This document shows, one piece after another, positions 35,911 to 45,732 of a stretch of 64,000 nucleotides of DNA. The DNA is taken from the IMG/VR virus record IMGVR_UViG_3300009082_000016, positions 1-64,000 of that record. The stretch is one strand, 5' to 3'. Each line of letters opens with the position of its first letter. The stretch's first letter is position 1. This DNA is from a virus. The notes beneath the pieces are model-generated. The model saw nothing but the letters and a program-made list of their open reading frames with translations. It did no database searches and was not told the DNA's origin. A program made the position numbers and the translations under genes.

Positions 35911-36341
35911 GCGTGACCATCCAGCCCGGCATCCACCCGAAGTTCGGGGGTGCTCTCATCACGAAGAGCGTGTACGACGCCAAGTTCGTGGACCGGGTGA
36001 AGAGCGAGATCCACTGGCAGAACCGGGTCTGGTGGAAGGAGAACCGGACCTGGATGTTCAACCCCACCTGCTGGAAGCAGGTGGTGACCATCAGCGTACA
36101 GGTGTTCGGGGATCGGGGCGTCCGCGTCAACGCCCACCTCTTCCCCGAGTTCGAGTGCCCCGAGCTGGTCAAGTTCTGGACGCACCAGCTCAACACGGAA
36201 GAAGAGCAGGAGGCCCTGAGCATGCTGCCGCCCTGGCTCGGCGGACAGGTGGCCGCCTCCGTGAAGGCGTACCACGAGACGAACGGGGCCAAGACGCCGG
36301 AAGAGCCGGAACCACAGAAGGGCCGGCTGATCGACCTGTAG
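35907..36341 (+). CDS. Hypothetical protein (HARP-like)
   Basis: ATGA overlap; YDAKFVDRVK...RVWWKENRTWMF. Confidence 0.6.
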   Translation: MSVTIQPGIHPKFGGALITKSVYDAKFVDRVKSEIHWQNRVWWKENRTWMFNPTCWKQVVTISVQVFGDRGVRVNAHLFPEFECPELVKFWTHQLNTEEEQEALSMLPPWLGGQVAASVKAYHETNGAKTPEEPEPQKGRLIDL

Positions 36342-36356
36342 GTCGAGGAGGACACC

Positions 36357-36524
36357 ATGAAGGAGAAGTACGGCTACGAGAAGGACAACGACCTGACGAA
36401 GAAGGCGGCCGACTCGGGGAAGTGCCCGCAGTGCGGGTCGCCCCTCTCGGGCAACCCCCCGGTCTGCCCGAAGTGCGGGTCCGAACCGTTTGAGAAGAAG
36501 GAGAAGGAAACGAATGTCCACTGA
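36357..36524 (+). CDS. 55-aa double Zn-ribbon protein
   Basis: Not in the ORF track; GAGGAGG SD; MKEKYGYE..TKKAADSGKCPQCG..CPKCGSEPFE. Confidence 0.75.
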   Translation: MKEKYGYEKDNDLTKKAADSGKCPQCGSPLSGNPPVCPKCGSEPFEKKEKETNVH

Positions 36525-36891
36525 CGAGATCATCAAGGCGTTCGAGAACAACAAGTACGTGAAGGTCGTCGGGGAGACCGACACGCCGACCGGCATTCCC
36601 CTCATCGGTGTGGAAGTGACCGACATCTGCATCATGTCCGTGCTGGCCGGGACGAACTGCCCGAAAGGCGGTGACGCCGGACACGGGGGAGTGACAGTTC
36701 TCCTGATCAAGGATCTCGGCAGCGTCTGCATGGAGCTGCACGCCGACGGGAAGGAGGTGGCTTCTCAGCCCACGACGGTTCGCCTCGTTCTCCGCGGTGA
36801 CGCCGAGTGCAGCACGTTCATCGAGGGGATGAGCATGGCGATCCGCTTCCTCAAGGACCAGCGGCTGACGAACAGCGACAAGGAGACGTAG
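36514..36891 (+). CDS. Hypothetical protein
   Basis: MSTDEIIKAF; overlaps the previous stop. Confidence 0.65.
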   Translation: MSTDEIIKAFENNKYVKVVGETDTPTGIPLIGVEVTDICIMSVLAGTNCPKGGDAGHGGVTVLLIKDLGSVCMELHADGKEVASQPTTVRLVLRGDAECSTFIEGMSMAIRFLKDQRLTNSDKET

Positions 36892-37001
36892 AAGAAGTGA
36901 AACGGAACCGGGGCGCCTGAAACTCGACGACTTCGTCGTTCCCGAGAAGCTGTTGTAGGGCGGGGCCCCCAGAAGGGGGCGAGGCCCAGAAAGGAAAAAA
37001 G

Positions 37002-38192
37002 ATGGTGAAGAAAGCTGTGGCCGTGAAGGACGAGATCAACAAGAAGGTGAAGGAGAAGTACGGGAAGGATCTCATCACGATGGCGAGCGACATCTCGCCG
37101 GTGTTTGACATCCGCATGCCGACCGGCCTGCCGGGGTTGGACGTGGCGATGGAGGGTGGCTTCCCGCGGGGGGTCATCGCGCAGATCGCCGGTCCGGACA
37201 GCACCGGCAAGAACGCGCTGTGCTACCAGACCGCCGGCATCTACCAGAAGATGCGGGGAAAGAAGTGCGGCATCGCGCTCTGCCCGATCGAGGGCGAGAT
37301 CGACAAGTACTTCGCCCGCAAGCTCGGGTTCCAGATCCCCCTGTCCGTGCCCGAACTCGTTCGGATGGAGCTGCGCCTGGGGCGCAAACTCACGAAGGAG
37401 GAGCGCGACGACTACACGCGCACCGTCGGGCGCGTCGGCTACATCGACCTGGACGTGGCGGAGGTCATGCTCCAGAAGGTGCTCAACGTCACCAAGACCG
37501 ATGACTTCGGCCTGATCATCGTCGACTCCGTCGCCGCCCTGCTGGCGCAGGATGACGTGGAGCGGAAGGAGCAGGGGAAGATGGTGGAGGTTCAGGTGGG
37601 CGGCGAGCGTCCGTACGCCCGCAACATCAACTCCGTCATCGGCTCCTTCACGAACCGGTTCCAGCAGGCCCGGAAGTCCAAGCCGCACGAGAAGGACAAC
37701 CTGACCACCTGCCTCATGATCAACCAGACGCGGGCCGACGTGAGCGCGAAGGGCCTTCCCTGGAAGGTCGCCGGCGCCAACGCCCTGAAGCACGCCAAGC
37801 GCGTCGACATCTGGCTCAACCACGGGCCGCGGCTTCGGCGGAACGACGTCGTCATCGGGCACACCACGTACTGGCAGATCGCGAAGGGCCAGTGCGGCGT
37901 CCACGAGGGCGCCCGGGGTGCCGTCGACTTCTACTACGATACCGGCTTCGACATCGTGAAGGACCTCTTCGATACGCTGCACGAGCACAACATGCTCGTT
38001 CACACCGGCGGTGGGAAGTGGGACTTGTGCGACGGCGAGGGCGACGTGGTGGAATCCTACGGCCGCGACATCGGCGGGAAGGACGGCCTGCTCGAGGCCG
38101 CCCGCTCGGACGAGAGCCTGCGGGAGAAGTGGAAGACCACGCTGACGACCGTGTACAGCATGCCCCCGATCTACGAAGGGTACGACGAGTAG
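37002..38192 (+). CDS. recA: RecA/UvsX-like recombinase
   Basis: PTGLPGLDVAM.GGFPRG, GPDSTGKN, IIVDSVAAL, INQTR, GANALKH. Confidence 0.9.
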   Translation: MVKKAVAVKDEINKKVKEKYGKDLITMASDISPVFDIRMPTGLPGLDVAMEGGFPRGVIAQIAGPDSTGKNALCYQTAGIYQKMRGKKCGIALCPIEGEIDKYFARKLGFQIPLSVPELVRMELRLGRKLTKEERDDYTRTVGRVGYIDLDVAEVMLQKVLNVTKTDDFGLIIVDSVAALLAQDDVERKEQGKMVEVQVGGERPYARNINSVIGSFTNRFQQARKSKPHEKDNLTTCLMINQTRADVSAKGLPWKVAGANALKHAKRVDIWLNHGPRLRRNDVVIGHTTYWQIAKGQCGVHEGARGAVDFYYDTGFDIVKDLFDTLHEHNMLVHTGGGKWDLCDGEGDVVESYGRDIGGKDGLLEAARSDESLREKWKTTLTTVYSMPPIYEGYDE

Positions 38193-38193
38193 C

Positions 38194-38991
38194 ATGGCGG
38201 TCCCGCAGGGAACGCACGGAAGCGTGATCGTAACCCGGGGGTCGGAGATGACTCTCTCTGACGCCCGGGAAGCGATCACGGCCTCCTACAGCGGGTTCGA
38301 CCCGCAGACGCTCCGGCGGATCGACCGGAACACGTTCCGGTTCGCCGTCAACGGGAGTCAGATGTTCCGCTTCTGGAACAGCGACATCGCCGAACTGTCC
38401 TACGACGGCAAACACATCCGGCTCTGGACCCGAGGTCACCGCACGCCCACGACCAAGGACCGGTTGAACATGATCCTGCGGTTGCTCGATTTCCCACAGC
38501 AGGTGTTCGTGCAGAACCGGGTCTGGATGATCGGGGACTCGAAGAAGGCGGTCCCGTTCGCCGAAGGCGTCATCGCCCGCATCAACGGGAAGGTTGAACT
38601 GCTCGTCGGTGGACTGGGCGAGGTCGCGAAGAAGAAGGCGCTTGAGATGCGAATCGAGAAGTTCATCGGACACGTCCGGAAGCAGCTCCACAAGGACTGG
38701 CCGGTCCCGGAAGATGGCGACTGCCTGTTGTGCAGACTGCCACTGGCAAAGGGCAACGGGTCCCCGAGCGAAGTGACGCTCGGCGGAGACTCGGATCACC
38801 TGCTGCAACACATGGACCAGAACTACGTCCACGGGTCCCTGCTACTTCGAGCCTACCGGTTCGCCGGCTACGGCTCGCCGGAGTACGTGTTCGAGTCGGA
38901 TCGTAGAGGCAAACGGGTCAGCAGCGCAGTCCGCAACCTGCGCCGTTATCTGAGGAGCCGGCTGATCGACAGCCCGCTGGGAAAGGTGTGA
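38194..38991 (+). CDS. Hypothetical protein
   Basis: Operon position; TPTTKDRLN motif. Confidence 0.65.
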   Translation: MAVPQGTHGSVIVTRGSEMTLSDAREAITASYSGFDPQTLRRIDRNTFRFAVNGSQMFRFWNSDIAELSYDGKHIRLWTRGHRTPTTKDRLNMILRLLDFPQQVFVQNRVWMIGDSKKAVPFAEGVIARINGKVELLVGGLGEVAKKKALEMRIEKFIGHVRKQLHKDWPVPEDGDCLLCRLPLAKGNGSPSEVTLGGDSDHLLQHMDQNYVHGSLLLRAYRFAGYGSPEYVFESDRRGKRVSSAVRNLRRYLRSRLIDSPLGKV

Positions 38992-38992
38992 C

Positions 38993-39697
38993 ATGGCGTT
39001 CTTCGAATCGGCGTTCAGGGACATCCTGAAAAAGATGGGGAAGGAGGGCCACGACCCGTCGCCCTCGATCAAGCCCTCCTCCCTCTACTGCCCACGGAAG
39101 ATGACCTTCGAGATGATGCAGGTCCCGCCCAAGTACCACAACTCGGCGGAGAGCGTGCTGCGGATGGAGGACGGCAGCTCCGTCCACGAGATGATCGAGA
39201 AGATGTTCGACAAGCACCTCCCGGCCGTCCGCCCGGGCTGGACGTTCCAGTACGAGATCAAGCTGACGGCCGAGAACTGCACCCGGGCCGCCCCCCTGTT
39301 CATCCGCTGCAAGCTCGACGGCTACGGCAACGGGCCCGACGGCAACCACAAGGTGGTCGAGTTCAAGACCACCGGCGAGAACCAGATGGCTGCCCTCAAG
39401 ACCGCGAAGAAGGAGCACGTCGAGCAACTCAACACGTACATGTACCTGCTCGACGTCCGCGAAGGCGAGGTGCTCTACTTCAACCGCGGCAATCTGGCCG
39501 ACATCCGCGGGTTCGATCACATCTTCGACCCGGAACTCTGGGCGATGACGGAGGCGAAAATCCACCGTGTGCTCGAAGCGACCATGGAGGGCAAGCTCCC
39601 GCCCACGGACGTGAACCCGTTCTGGTGCCGGGATTGCCAGTACTCGTACTGCTGCAAGAACAGGGAGAAGTGGGTTGATGCGAACTGTGAAGAGTGA
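38993..39697 (+). CDS. Cas4-like PD-(D/E)xK exonuclease
   Basis: PSSLYCPRK, G..VHE, KLDG, VEFKT, QLNTY, C..C....C. Confidence 0.85.
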   Translation: MAFFESAFRDILKKMGKEGHDPSPSIKPSSLYCPRKMTFEMMQVPPKYHNSAESVLRMEDGSSVHEMIEKMFDKHLPAVRPGWTFQYEIKLTAENCTRAAPLFIRCKLDGYGNGPDGNHKVVEFKTTGENQMAALKTAKKEHVEQLNTYMYLLDVREGEVLYFNRGNLADIRGFDHIFDPELWAMTEAKIHRVLEATMEGKLPPTDVNPFWCRDCQYSYCCKNREKWVDANCEE

Positions 39698-40166
39698 CGA
39701 GTCGTTCGAATACGCTACCCTCGAGATCGTGAAGCGGCGGCTCGAGCAGAAGGGCCTGAGGCAACCGTCGCAGCCGGAGGAAGAGCTGCCGGACACGCCG
39801 ACCCAGCTGGCGGACCTCCCGCCGGGAGAGGTGATCAACCTGTTCCGGCTCTACGAGGCCCACTACGAGCACGTCAACTACTCGCACGCGATCGCCGAGC
39901 TGCTCGTCGGCGAGTGGAAGAACAACCTCAAGCACATCCTGGCCTCCGTGAAGCAGGACCAGCCGGACGGGGACATCGAGCTCAACGAGCTCATCATCAG
40001 CGCCCGGAAGCGGCTGCAGATCCACGAGCAGGAGGCCGTGCTCCTGGGCACGCACAAGTCCGCGCTGCATCGCCGCATGGCGCTGGTCTCCCGGGCCATC
40101 GAGGGCCTGAAGCTCAGCTTCAGCGGCAGCATCCGCGGCGAGAACGCGGGGCGGGCGTGGGACTGA
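39675..40166 (+). CDS. Coiled-coil protein (UvsY-like by position)
   Basis: Helical protein next to RecA and the exonuclease. Confidence 0.55.
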   Translation: MMRTVKSDESFEYATLEIVKRRLEQKGLRQPSQPEEELPDTPTQLADLPPGEVINLFRLYEAHYEHVNYSHAIAELLVGEWKNNLKHILASVKQDQPDGDIELNELIISARKRLQIHEQEAVLLGTHKSALHRRMALVSRAIEGLKLSFSGSIRGENAGRAWD

Positions 40167-40747
40167 AGCACTGGAAGTTTCCGCGGGAAAAGACCGCGAT
40201 CCACCACCCGAACAACCTGTCGGTGGCGGCCAGCCGCGGCATCAAGGCGGGCATCATCAAGCCCTGTTCGATCATCCTGGACTACGGCTGCGGCTACGGA
40301 GATGACGTGCGCCAGCTCAAGATGTTGGGCTATCACCACGTCACCGGCTGGGACCCGCGAACCGAAACGCGGAGCGCCTTCAAAGCCATCACGGAGATGT
40401 ACCTGGGCATCTACCTGGCCAACGCCTGCCCGCGTCCCGTGGCGAACGTCGTCATCCTGTCCAACGTCATCAACGTGATCGAAGACCCGGAAGAGCGGCA
40501 CTGCGTGCTACTCGACGCCCTGAGCCGAGCGACCGAATGCCTGATCGTGACCGCCTACAACGGCTCGAGCGGGAAGAAGTGGGGTGACGGCGTGGTGACC
40601 CGGAAGGGCACGTTCCAGAAACCCTACTCGAAGGCCGGCTTCCGGCGCGTCATCCAGGGCACGCTGGGAAAGGTCTGCAAGAAGATCGAGTGGCACCCGC
40701 ACGCCAACCTGGCGTTCGTGTGGAAGAAGGAGGTACCCGGACCGTGA
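40157..40747 (+). CDS. SAM-dependent methyltransferase resembling the phosphorothioation-associated family (TIGR04096-like)
   Basis: REKTAI, LDYGCGYGDDV, GWDP, NVINVIEDPEER, WGDGVVTRKGTFQK. Confidence 0.8.
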   Translation: MGLKHWKFPREKTAIHHPNNLSVAASRGIKAGIIKPCSIILDYGCGYGDDVRQLKMLGYHHVTGWDPRTETRSAFKAITEMYLGIYLANACPRPVANVVILSNVINVIEDPEERHCVLLDALSRATECLIVTAYNGSSGKKWGDGVVTRKGTFQKPYSKAGFRRVIQGTLGKVCKKIEWHPHANLAFVWKKEVPGP

Positions 40748-40971
40748 TCAGCATCAAGAACGAGAAGGGGTGGGAGTGCGTCGAGTACAGCCGCTGGACG
40801 GAAGGAGGCCAGTTGTACGAGACGTTCGTGTTCCGAGACCCGGAGAACCAGATGCTCCACGAGGCGGAGTGTTTCCGGCTCCAGCCGCATCTGCCGGGGG
40901 TACGCGTCCACGTCAACCTGGACGACAGTCAGCAGAAGCTGCCCGGCGTCGACGAGAAGAAGGACGGATGA
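40744..40971 (+). CDS. Hypothetical protein
   Basis: GTGA and ATGA overlaps on both sides. Confidence 0.6.
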   Translation: MISIKNEKGWECVEYSRWTEGGQLYETFVFRDPENQMLHEAECFRLQPHLPGVRVHVNLDDSQQKLPGVDEKKDG

Positions 40972-41939
40972 ACGACAAGACCGTCGCCGAGTGGGGCAAA
41001 CGGTGGCTCGAGCAGCAACCGAAGCCTCCACGCCTGTTCGACCTGCAGAACTACGGCCGCCTGTGCGGCATGGCCCGCAGGAAGGACAGCCCACGGCAGC
41101 TGAGCCGCGGGGCCCTGTACAACATCCGGGTCCACCTCGAGAAGGCGATCATGAACCACGTCCGCGGGCGGAAGGACCGGTTCAACGTCCTGTTCAAGGG
41201 CGACGTCTTCGGGCGCAGCTCGAAGCAGGGCGTCTCGTTCCGGCTCGGCCTCGAGAGCTGCATGCCTTCGCCACTCTGCATCGACAAGTGCTACGCCCAT
41301 GACGGGCGCGACGCGGCCCCGATGTCCGTCCAACGCGGGGCGTACAACTCGCTCATCGCGGAACTGTGGGAGAACGGGGACCGGCAGGAGCACAACCAGC
41401 TGACGTACCTGCTGGTGCCCAAGATCCGCCAGGCCGTGAAGCTGTCCCTGAAGGATGCGAGGGAGTCGCCCTTCCGCCGGTCGCCGCGCATCCGGTTCTC
41501 CCACGTCGGCGACATCGCCCGCTACCCGCGGTTCGCCAACTGGGTCGCCGGCCAGTGCCAACTGGAAGTCGCGCTGCTGAAGGACAACCGTGCGCCTCTC
41601 ACCTGCGTGACCTACACCCGGCACAAGAAGGCGAAACTGCTCGACCCCGAGAAGTGGCAGATCGTGTTCTCGATGGATGCGTCGAGCTACCCCGGCCGCT
41701 TGAACTGGATTCCGAAGAACGCGATTCACGCCTGGGCCGCTTTCGACGGAATCGCTCAGGGAGCGGGTGTGGCCAACGTGGTGTTCGCAGAGCATCACGG
41801 GGCGAGGCGCCTGCCGGCCCGCGTGCAAGCAAACTGTCCGCTGCGTCTGCTCCCGTTCATCTGTCCGTCCACCCTGAAGGGAAATCCGCACGGCTGCGAC
41901 AACAACCGCTGCGACTTCTGCTACCGGCCGTTCCCGTGA
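40968..41939 (+). CDS. Gp88-like (radical-SAM-like Cys motif) protein
   Basis: SCMPSPLCIDKCYA, IRFSHVGDI, TYTRH, C-terminal CP...C....C..C. Confidence 0.65.
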   Translation: MNDKTVAEWGKRWLEQQPKPPRLFDLQNYGRLCGMARRKDSPRQLSRGALYNIRVHLEKAIMNHVRGRKDRFNVLFKGDVFGRSSKQGVSFRLGLESCMPSPLCIDKCYAHDGRDAAPMSVQRGAYNSLIAELWENGDRQEHNQLTYLLVPKIRQAVKLSLKDARESPFRRSPRIRFSHVGDIARYPRFANWVAGQCQLEVALLKDNRAPLTCVTYTRHKKAKLLDPEKWQIVFSMDASSYPGRLNWIPKNAIHAWAAFDGIAQGAGVANVVFAEHHGARRLPARVQANCPLRLLPFICPSTLKGNPHGCDNNRCDFCYRPFP

Positions 41940-41953
41940 GGAAGGAGAAAGAC

Positions 41954-42739
41954 ATGGATCGGAAGTTCCTGGACCTCCTGCTGGAGGTCACCGATGAGAA
42001 GGAGCTGCTCGAGATGCACAAGATGTTGGTCGGCCGGCTCAAGGACGTCCGGCACATCGCGGACGTGGGCAGTCTCTCGAAGCTGCGGGCCATCCCGATC
42101 GGGGCCCGCGTCGAGATCCGCTGGCGCGGCAACACCACCTACCACGGCACGTACACCGGCTTGGGGCGCTCGAAGGTTAGCGCCAACATCGACGAGTTGA
42201 ACGGCCGCGGCTACCGCTTCCCGCCCAACTGGATCGTGAAGGTGCTCGACGAGAAGGAGAAGCCCGCCGTCAAGGTCCTCGCGAAGGGCAAGATGACGAT
42301 CGTCGCGCCGCCGGGTACGTCGCCCACCATGATGGAGCGCGTGGCCGAAGCCCACGCCATCTTCGATGCGGCTCAGAAGATCCAGGATGAGGCGGACCGG
42401 ATCATGCTGGGCAACACCGGGGAGCACATCGACTGGGACGCCCGGGGGAAGGAGGAGGAAGCGATCTGGGAGCGGATGAAGAAGCTCGACGAGAGCTCCA
42501 AGCCCGGCCTGCAGATCGGGCGCGTCTGCTCCTGGCCGGTCGCCGACGGCCAGGCCCACTACATCGTGACCGGCGTCGGCTCGCGGGTGCGCCTGATGCA
42601 CATCCCGCTCTGGGACGCCTACCGGAGCGACGCTGTGGACGACCGCGGCACGGCCACCCGCTCCACGGTCGAGAAGTGCCTGGGGTTCCACGACTCGATG
42701 AGCGAGCTGTTCGGGAAGAAGAAGGCGCAGGAGGGCTGA
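41954..42739 (+). CDS. Hypothetical protein
   Basis: AAGGAG SD. Confidence 0.65.
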   Translation: MDRKFLDLLLEVTDEKELLEMHKMLVGRLKDVRHIADVGSLSKLRAIPIGARVEIRWRGNTTYHGTYTGLGRSKVSANIDELNGRGYRFPPNWIVKVLDEKEKPAVKVLAKGKMTIVAPPGTSPTMMERVAEAHAIFDAAQKIQDEADRIMLGNTGEHIDWDARGKEEEAIWERMKKLDESSKPGLQIGRVCSWPVADGQAHYIVTGVGSRVRLMHIPLWDAYRSDAVDDRGTATRSTVEKCLGFHDSMSELFGKKKAQEG

Positions 42740-43191
42740 TGATCCAGGTCCACACCGACGGCTCGATCCAGGAGAAGAACCCGGGCGGTGTGGCCTGCTG
42801 GGGATGGATTGCGTTCGAGGACGTCGCCACTCCCCTGAGCAAGCCCTACCTCGAAAGGATCCGCATTGGGTACGGCTACGGCATCGCCTGCGAAGGCGAA
42901 GGGGCCACGAGCAACGTGGCGGAGTACCAGGCGGTCATCGAGGCGCTCACCTGGCTGGCCGAGCACTGCCCCGGCTCGCGGATCATGATCGTGTCCGATA
43001 GCCAGCTCGTGGTATACCAGCTCACCGGCAAATACGGGGTGAGCAAGGAGCACCTGAAGGCGCTCCGCGATCGAGTCCGGGGGATGATGTCGAAGTTCGC
43101 CGAAGTTCGATTCACCTGGGTGCCGCGGGAGCAGAACACCCAGGCCGACGAGCTGTCCCGGAGGGCGTACTTGGAAAGGAAGGCAGGATGA
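42739..43191 (+). CDS. rnhA: Ribonuclease HI
   Basis: HTDGS..NPG, TSNVAEY, SDSQLVV, WVPREQN..ADELS. Confidence 0.92.
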   Translation: MIQVHTDGSIQEKNPGGVACWGWIAFEDVATPLSKPYLERIRIGYGYGIACEGEGATSNVAEYQAVIEALTWLAEHCPGSRIMIVSDSQLVVYQLTGKYGVSKEHLKALRDRVRGMMSKFAEVRFTWVPREQNTQADELSRRAYLERKAG

Positions 43192-43610
43192 AGAAGCTCG
43201 CCCTGGAAGTGCTGATCGCCGAGATCGGGCCCAGCGTGAACCACATGTACTTCACGCTCCCGCATGGCCGCGGGAAACGCGTCCTGACGGAGGAGGGCGG
43301 CGCCTTCAAGAACGCGCTGCACACGGCCGTGACCGAAGCCTGGAAGGCGGCAGGGATGCCGTCGTTCGAGGCCAGCGCGAAGTTCGAGCTGGAAATCTGG
43401 TGCCGCTTCCCGTCGCTGTACGACAAGAAGGGGAAGCTGATCAAGATGGACGCCAGCAACCGGATCAAGGTCACGGAGGATGGCCTGATGGAGGGCCTGG
43501 GGATCGACGACCGCCAGAACTTCCGGGTCGTCATCACGAAGCTCGAAGGGCCGGCGGCCACCCTGATGCGCCTGTACGAACTGGATGAGGTGCCCCCGTG
43601 GCCGATCTGA
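43188..43610 (+). CDS. rusA: RusA-like Holliday junction resolvase
   Basis: PSVNHMY; DASNRIKVTEDGL...IDDRQ. Confidence 0.85.
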   Translation: MKKLALEVLIAEIGPSVNHMYFTLPHGRGKRVLTEEGGAFKNALHTAVTEAWKAAGMPSFEASAKFELEIWCRFPSLYDKKGKLIKMDASNRIKVTEDGLMEGLGIDDRQNFRVVITKLEGPAATLMRLYELDEVPPWPI

Positions 43611-44815
43611 ACGAGTTCAACGACACGGAGCTGCGGGCCGTGCTGCGGGAGCAGGGGCTCCGGCTCCCGTACTACGTCGAGCGGCAAACCATGGAGGACA
43701 TCCTGGCGCCTGGCCCTGCCAGTTCCGATGTCGACGTGACCCTGGAGCCGTGCCTGATCGAGAGCTGGCGCTACTACATCATGGACTGGGCCGCGAAGAA
43801 CTGGGAGGACGTCTACTACCAGGTGGAATGTCCCCTGCAACAGGACGGGTGCGTTACGTGCCCGGACTTCACGGTGGTGAGTTGCCTCGTGCATAACCGC
43901 CATGTCTTCAATCTGGAGAAGGAGGTCGAACCGATGCCGATGTCGTGGACCGCGATGATGGTGTCCCTCAACAAGAGCGAACGTACCCAGGCCGCCGCGA
44001 TTCTTCGGGAGAATGCCAAGGAGAAGCACGACGACACGAGGGCGAACCGGCTGGCCCTGATGAAGGTCGCCACCGCCGCGTTCGACCTGGCCAACGGCTT
44101 GCCGACGAAGCCGGTCACGGCCTACATGAGCCTGACCCAGGCGACGTTCCCGCCGGAGGTCAAGGGCCTGGCGGACGACGGCGCGACGTCCATCCCGGCC
44201 GTGCTGAACGCCCTCGCCGACCTGCTCGAGTCCGGCTCGACGGCGCCGGCCGCCCCGTCGAACACGGAGGAGAAGAAGCCGGAGAAGAAGGCCAAGCCGG
44301 CCGAGAAGAAGCCGGAGCCCTACTACCCGGGCGTGCAGGACGCCTCCGCCGTCACCAGCAAGAGCAGCGACGATGACGACGACGATGACGACGATGACGC
44401 CCCGGCCCCGCCGAAGCCGGTGAGCGACGACGCCCCGCTCCCGCCCAAGCAGGACGCGGCCAAGTTCGCGAAGGGACAGGAGAAGCCGAAGGCCACGCCC
44501 GCGCCGGCCGCTCCGCCCACCCCGCAGGAGCTCCAGGAGATCGCCAAGGAACCCCTGCCGAAGACGGCCCCTTCCGCCGAGATGTCGGTCCGGAAGGACT
44601 TCGTCTTCTTGTCGGCGGCCCAGATGACCGACATCCGGGACATCGTCCGGGGCGAGATTCGAGACGCCTTCGCCCTGGTCGGGGCGTCCCTGTCCGGCAT
44701 GTTCGGTATGGTGGTGGACGCGCCCGCCACGGTGTCCGAGCCTGCCCCCAAGGTGGGGAAGGGCAAGCAGGAGGAGACGATCCCCGAGATGGACGGGGAC
44801 GACGAGGACGACTGA
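43598..44815 (+). CDS. Hypothetical protein with low-complexity Lys/Pro and poly-Asp region
   Basis: Long ORF with typical codon bias. Confidence 0.7.
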   Translation: MADLNEFNDTELRAVLREQGLRLPYYVERQTMEDILAPGPASSDVDVTLEPCLIESWRYYIMDWAAKNWEDVYYQVECPLQQDGCVTCPDFTVVSCLVHNRHVFNLEKEVEPMPMSWTAMMVSLNKSERTQAAAILRENAKEKHDDTRANRLALMKVATAAFDLANGLPTKPVTAYMSLTQATFPPEVKGLADDGATSIPAVLNALADLLESGSTAPAAPSNTEEKKPEKKAKPAEKKPEPYYPGVQDASAVTSKSSDDDDDDDDDDAPAPPKPVSDDAPLPPKQDAAKFAKGQEKPKATPAPAAPPTPQELQEIAKEPLPKTAPSAEMSVRKDFVFLSAAQMTDIRDIVRGEIRDAFALVGASLSGMFGMVVDAPATVSEPAPKVGKGKQEETIPEMDGDDEDD

Positions 44816-44931
44816 CCCCAGGTTGACGGTCCTGCCCATTCTCCTGTATTCCTAGAACCTCAACAGCAGTAGGGGGGGCCCTTGGGGGCAACCCCGGGGC
44901 TCCCGCTTACTGCAGGAGAAGGAGAAAGACT

Positions 44932-45732
44932 ATGGTTATCGAATGGTTGGTCGCTCTCATCATCGCCATCGCGCCGCACTGGGGACCGGGCGACTGCGAG
45001 GAGGAGGACACGGTCTGCGTCTCGCGCAACGAGGCGAAGGCCGAACGCGTCCACTCCATCGCGGAGGCGATCCTGGGAGGAAGCGAGAGGGAGAAGATCG
45101 ACGACCCCGTCCTGATCGCCTCCGTCATCGCCCGGGAATCGAGCTTCCTCACCGAGCCGTGCGAACGGGTCATTCCGCTGTCGAAAATCGTCAGCCGGAC
45201 TCCCAACCCCAATCGCGAGGGACAGGAGCACATCGAGTGGTCCTGCGGGTCCAGGACCTGTGCCCGCGATGCCATCAACGTCAGCACCGTGGGTGACAAG
45301 CTGAACTTCTGGGTCTGCTCCGCGGGCGAGCTGGGCATGATGCAGCTCCACCCGGCCGACCGCTGGGTGCGTTCGGGGATGCGGATCCCGGGGACGGACA
45401 TCACGCTCCCCCGCAGCCCTTCGGACAGGCGGGAACTCGTCCTGGACCCGGCGAACAACATCGCCCTGGGATGTGCCGAGATGGCCTCCCACCGCGAGGC
45501 GTACGTTCGGGCGCACCCGAACGACGACGAGCTCATCTGGATGGACTGGATCGGACGCTACAACAGCGGCCGGGACGGGAACACCACCTACCTGAATCGC
45601 ATCCTGGCTCAGTACCGGGTGCTCTGCAACACGGAGATTCCGAACACGATCGACGGCGTGACCACGATGGTCCCGTTGCGGGATGTCTGGGAGGGGTGCG
45701 CTGCAGTGGACGAATACCTGGCGAACGAGTGA
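44932..45732 (+). CDS. Lytic transglycosylase (SLT-like endolysin) with N-terminal signal/SAR segment
   Basis: LIASVIARESSF (catalytic Glu), GELGMMQL, NIALG, YNSG; hydrophobic N-terminus. Confidence 0.8.
   Translation: MVIEWLVALIIAIAPHWGPGDCEEEDTVCVSRNEAKAERVHSIAEAILGGSEREKIDDPVLIASVIARESSFLTEPCERVIPLSKIVSRTPNPNREGQEHIEWSCGSRTCARDAINVSTVGDKLNFWVCSAGELGMMQLHPADRWVRSGMRIPGTDITLPRSPSDRRELVLDPANNIALGCAEMASHREAYVRAHPNDDELIWMDWIGRYNSGRDGNTTYLNRILAQYRVLCNTEIPNTIDGVTTMVPLRDVWEGCAAVDEYLANE

Noticed and set aside
38993-39697. CRISPR-Cas system suggested by the Cas4-like gene
   Set aside because: No other cas genes and no repeat-spacer array seen; solo Cas4-like nucleases are common in phage recombination modules
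44366-44398. GAC/GAT trinucleotide repeat
   Set aside because: Simply encodes a poly-Asp tract in a low-complexity protein
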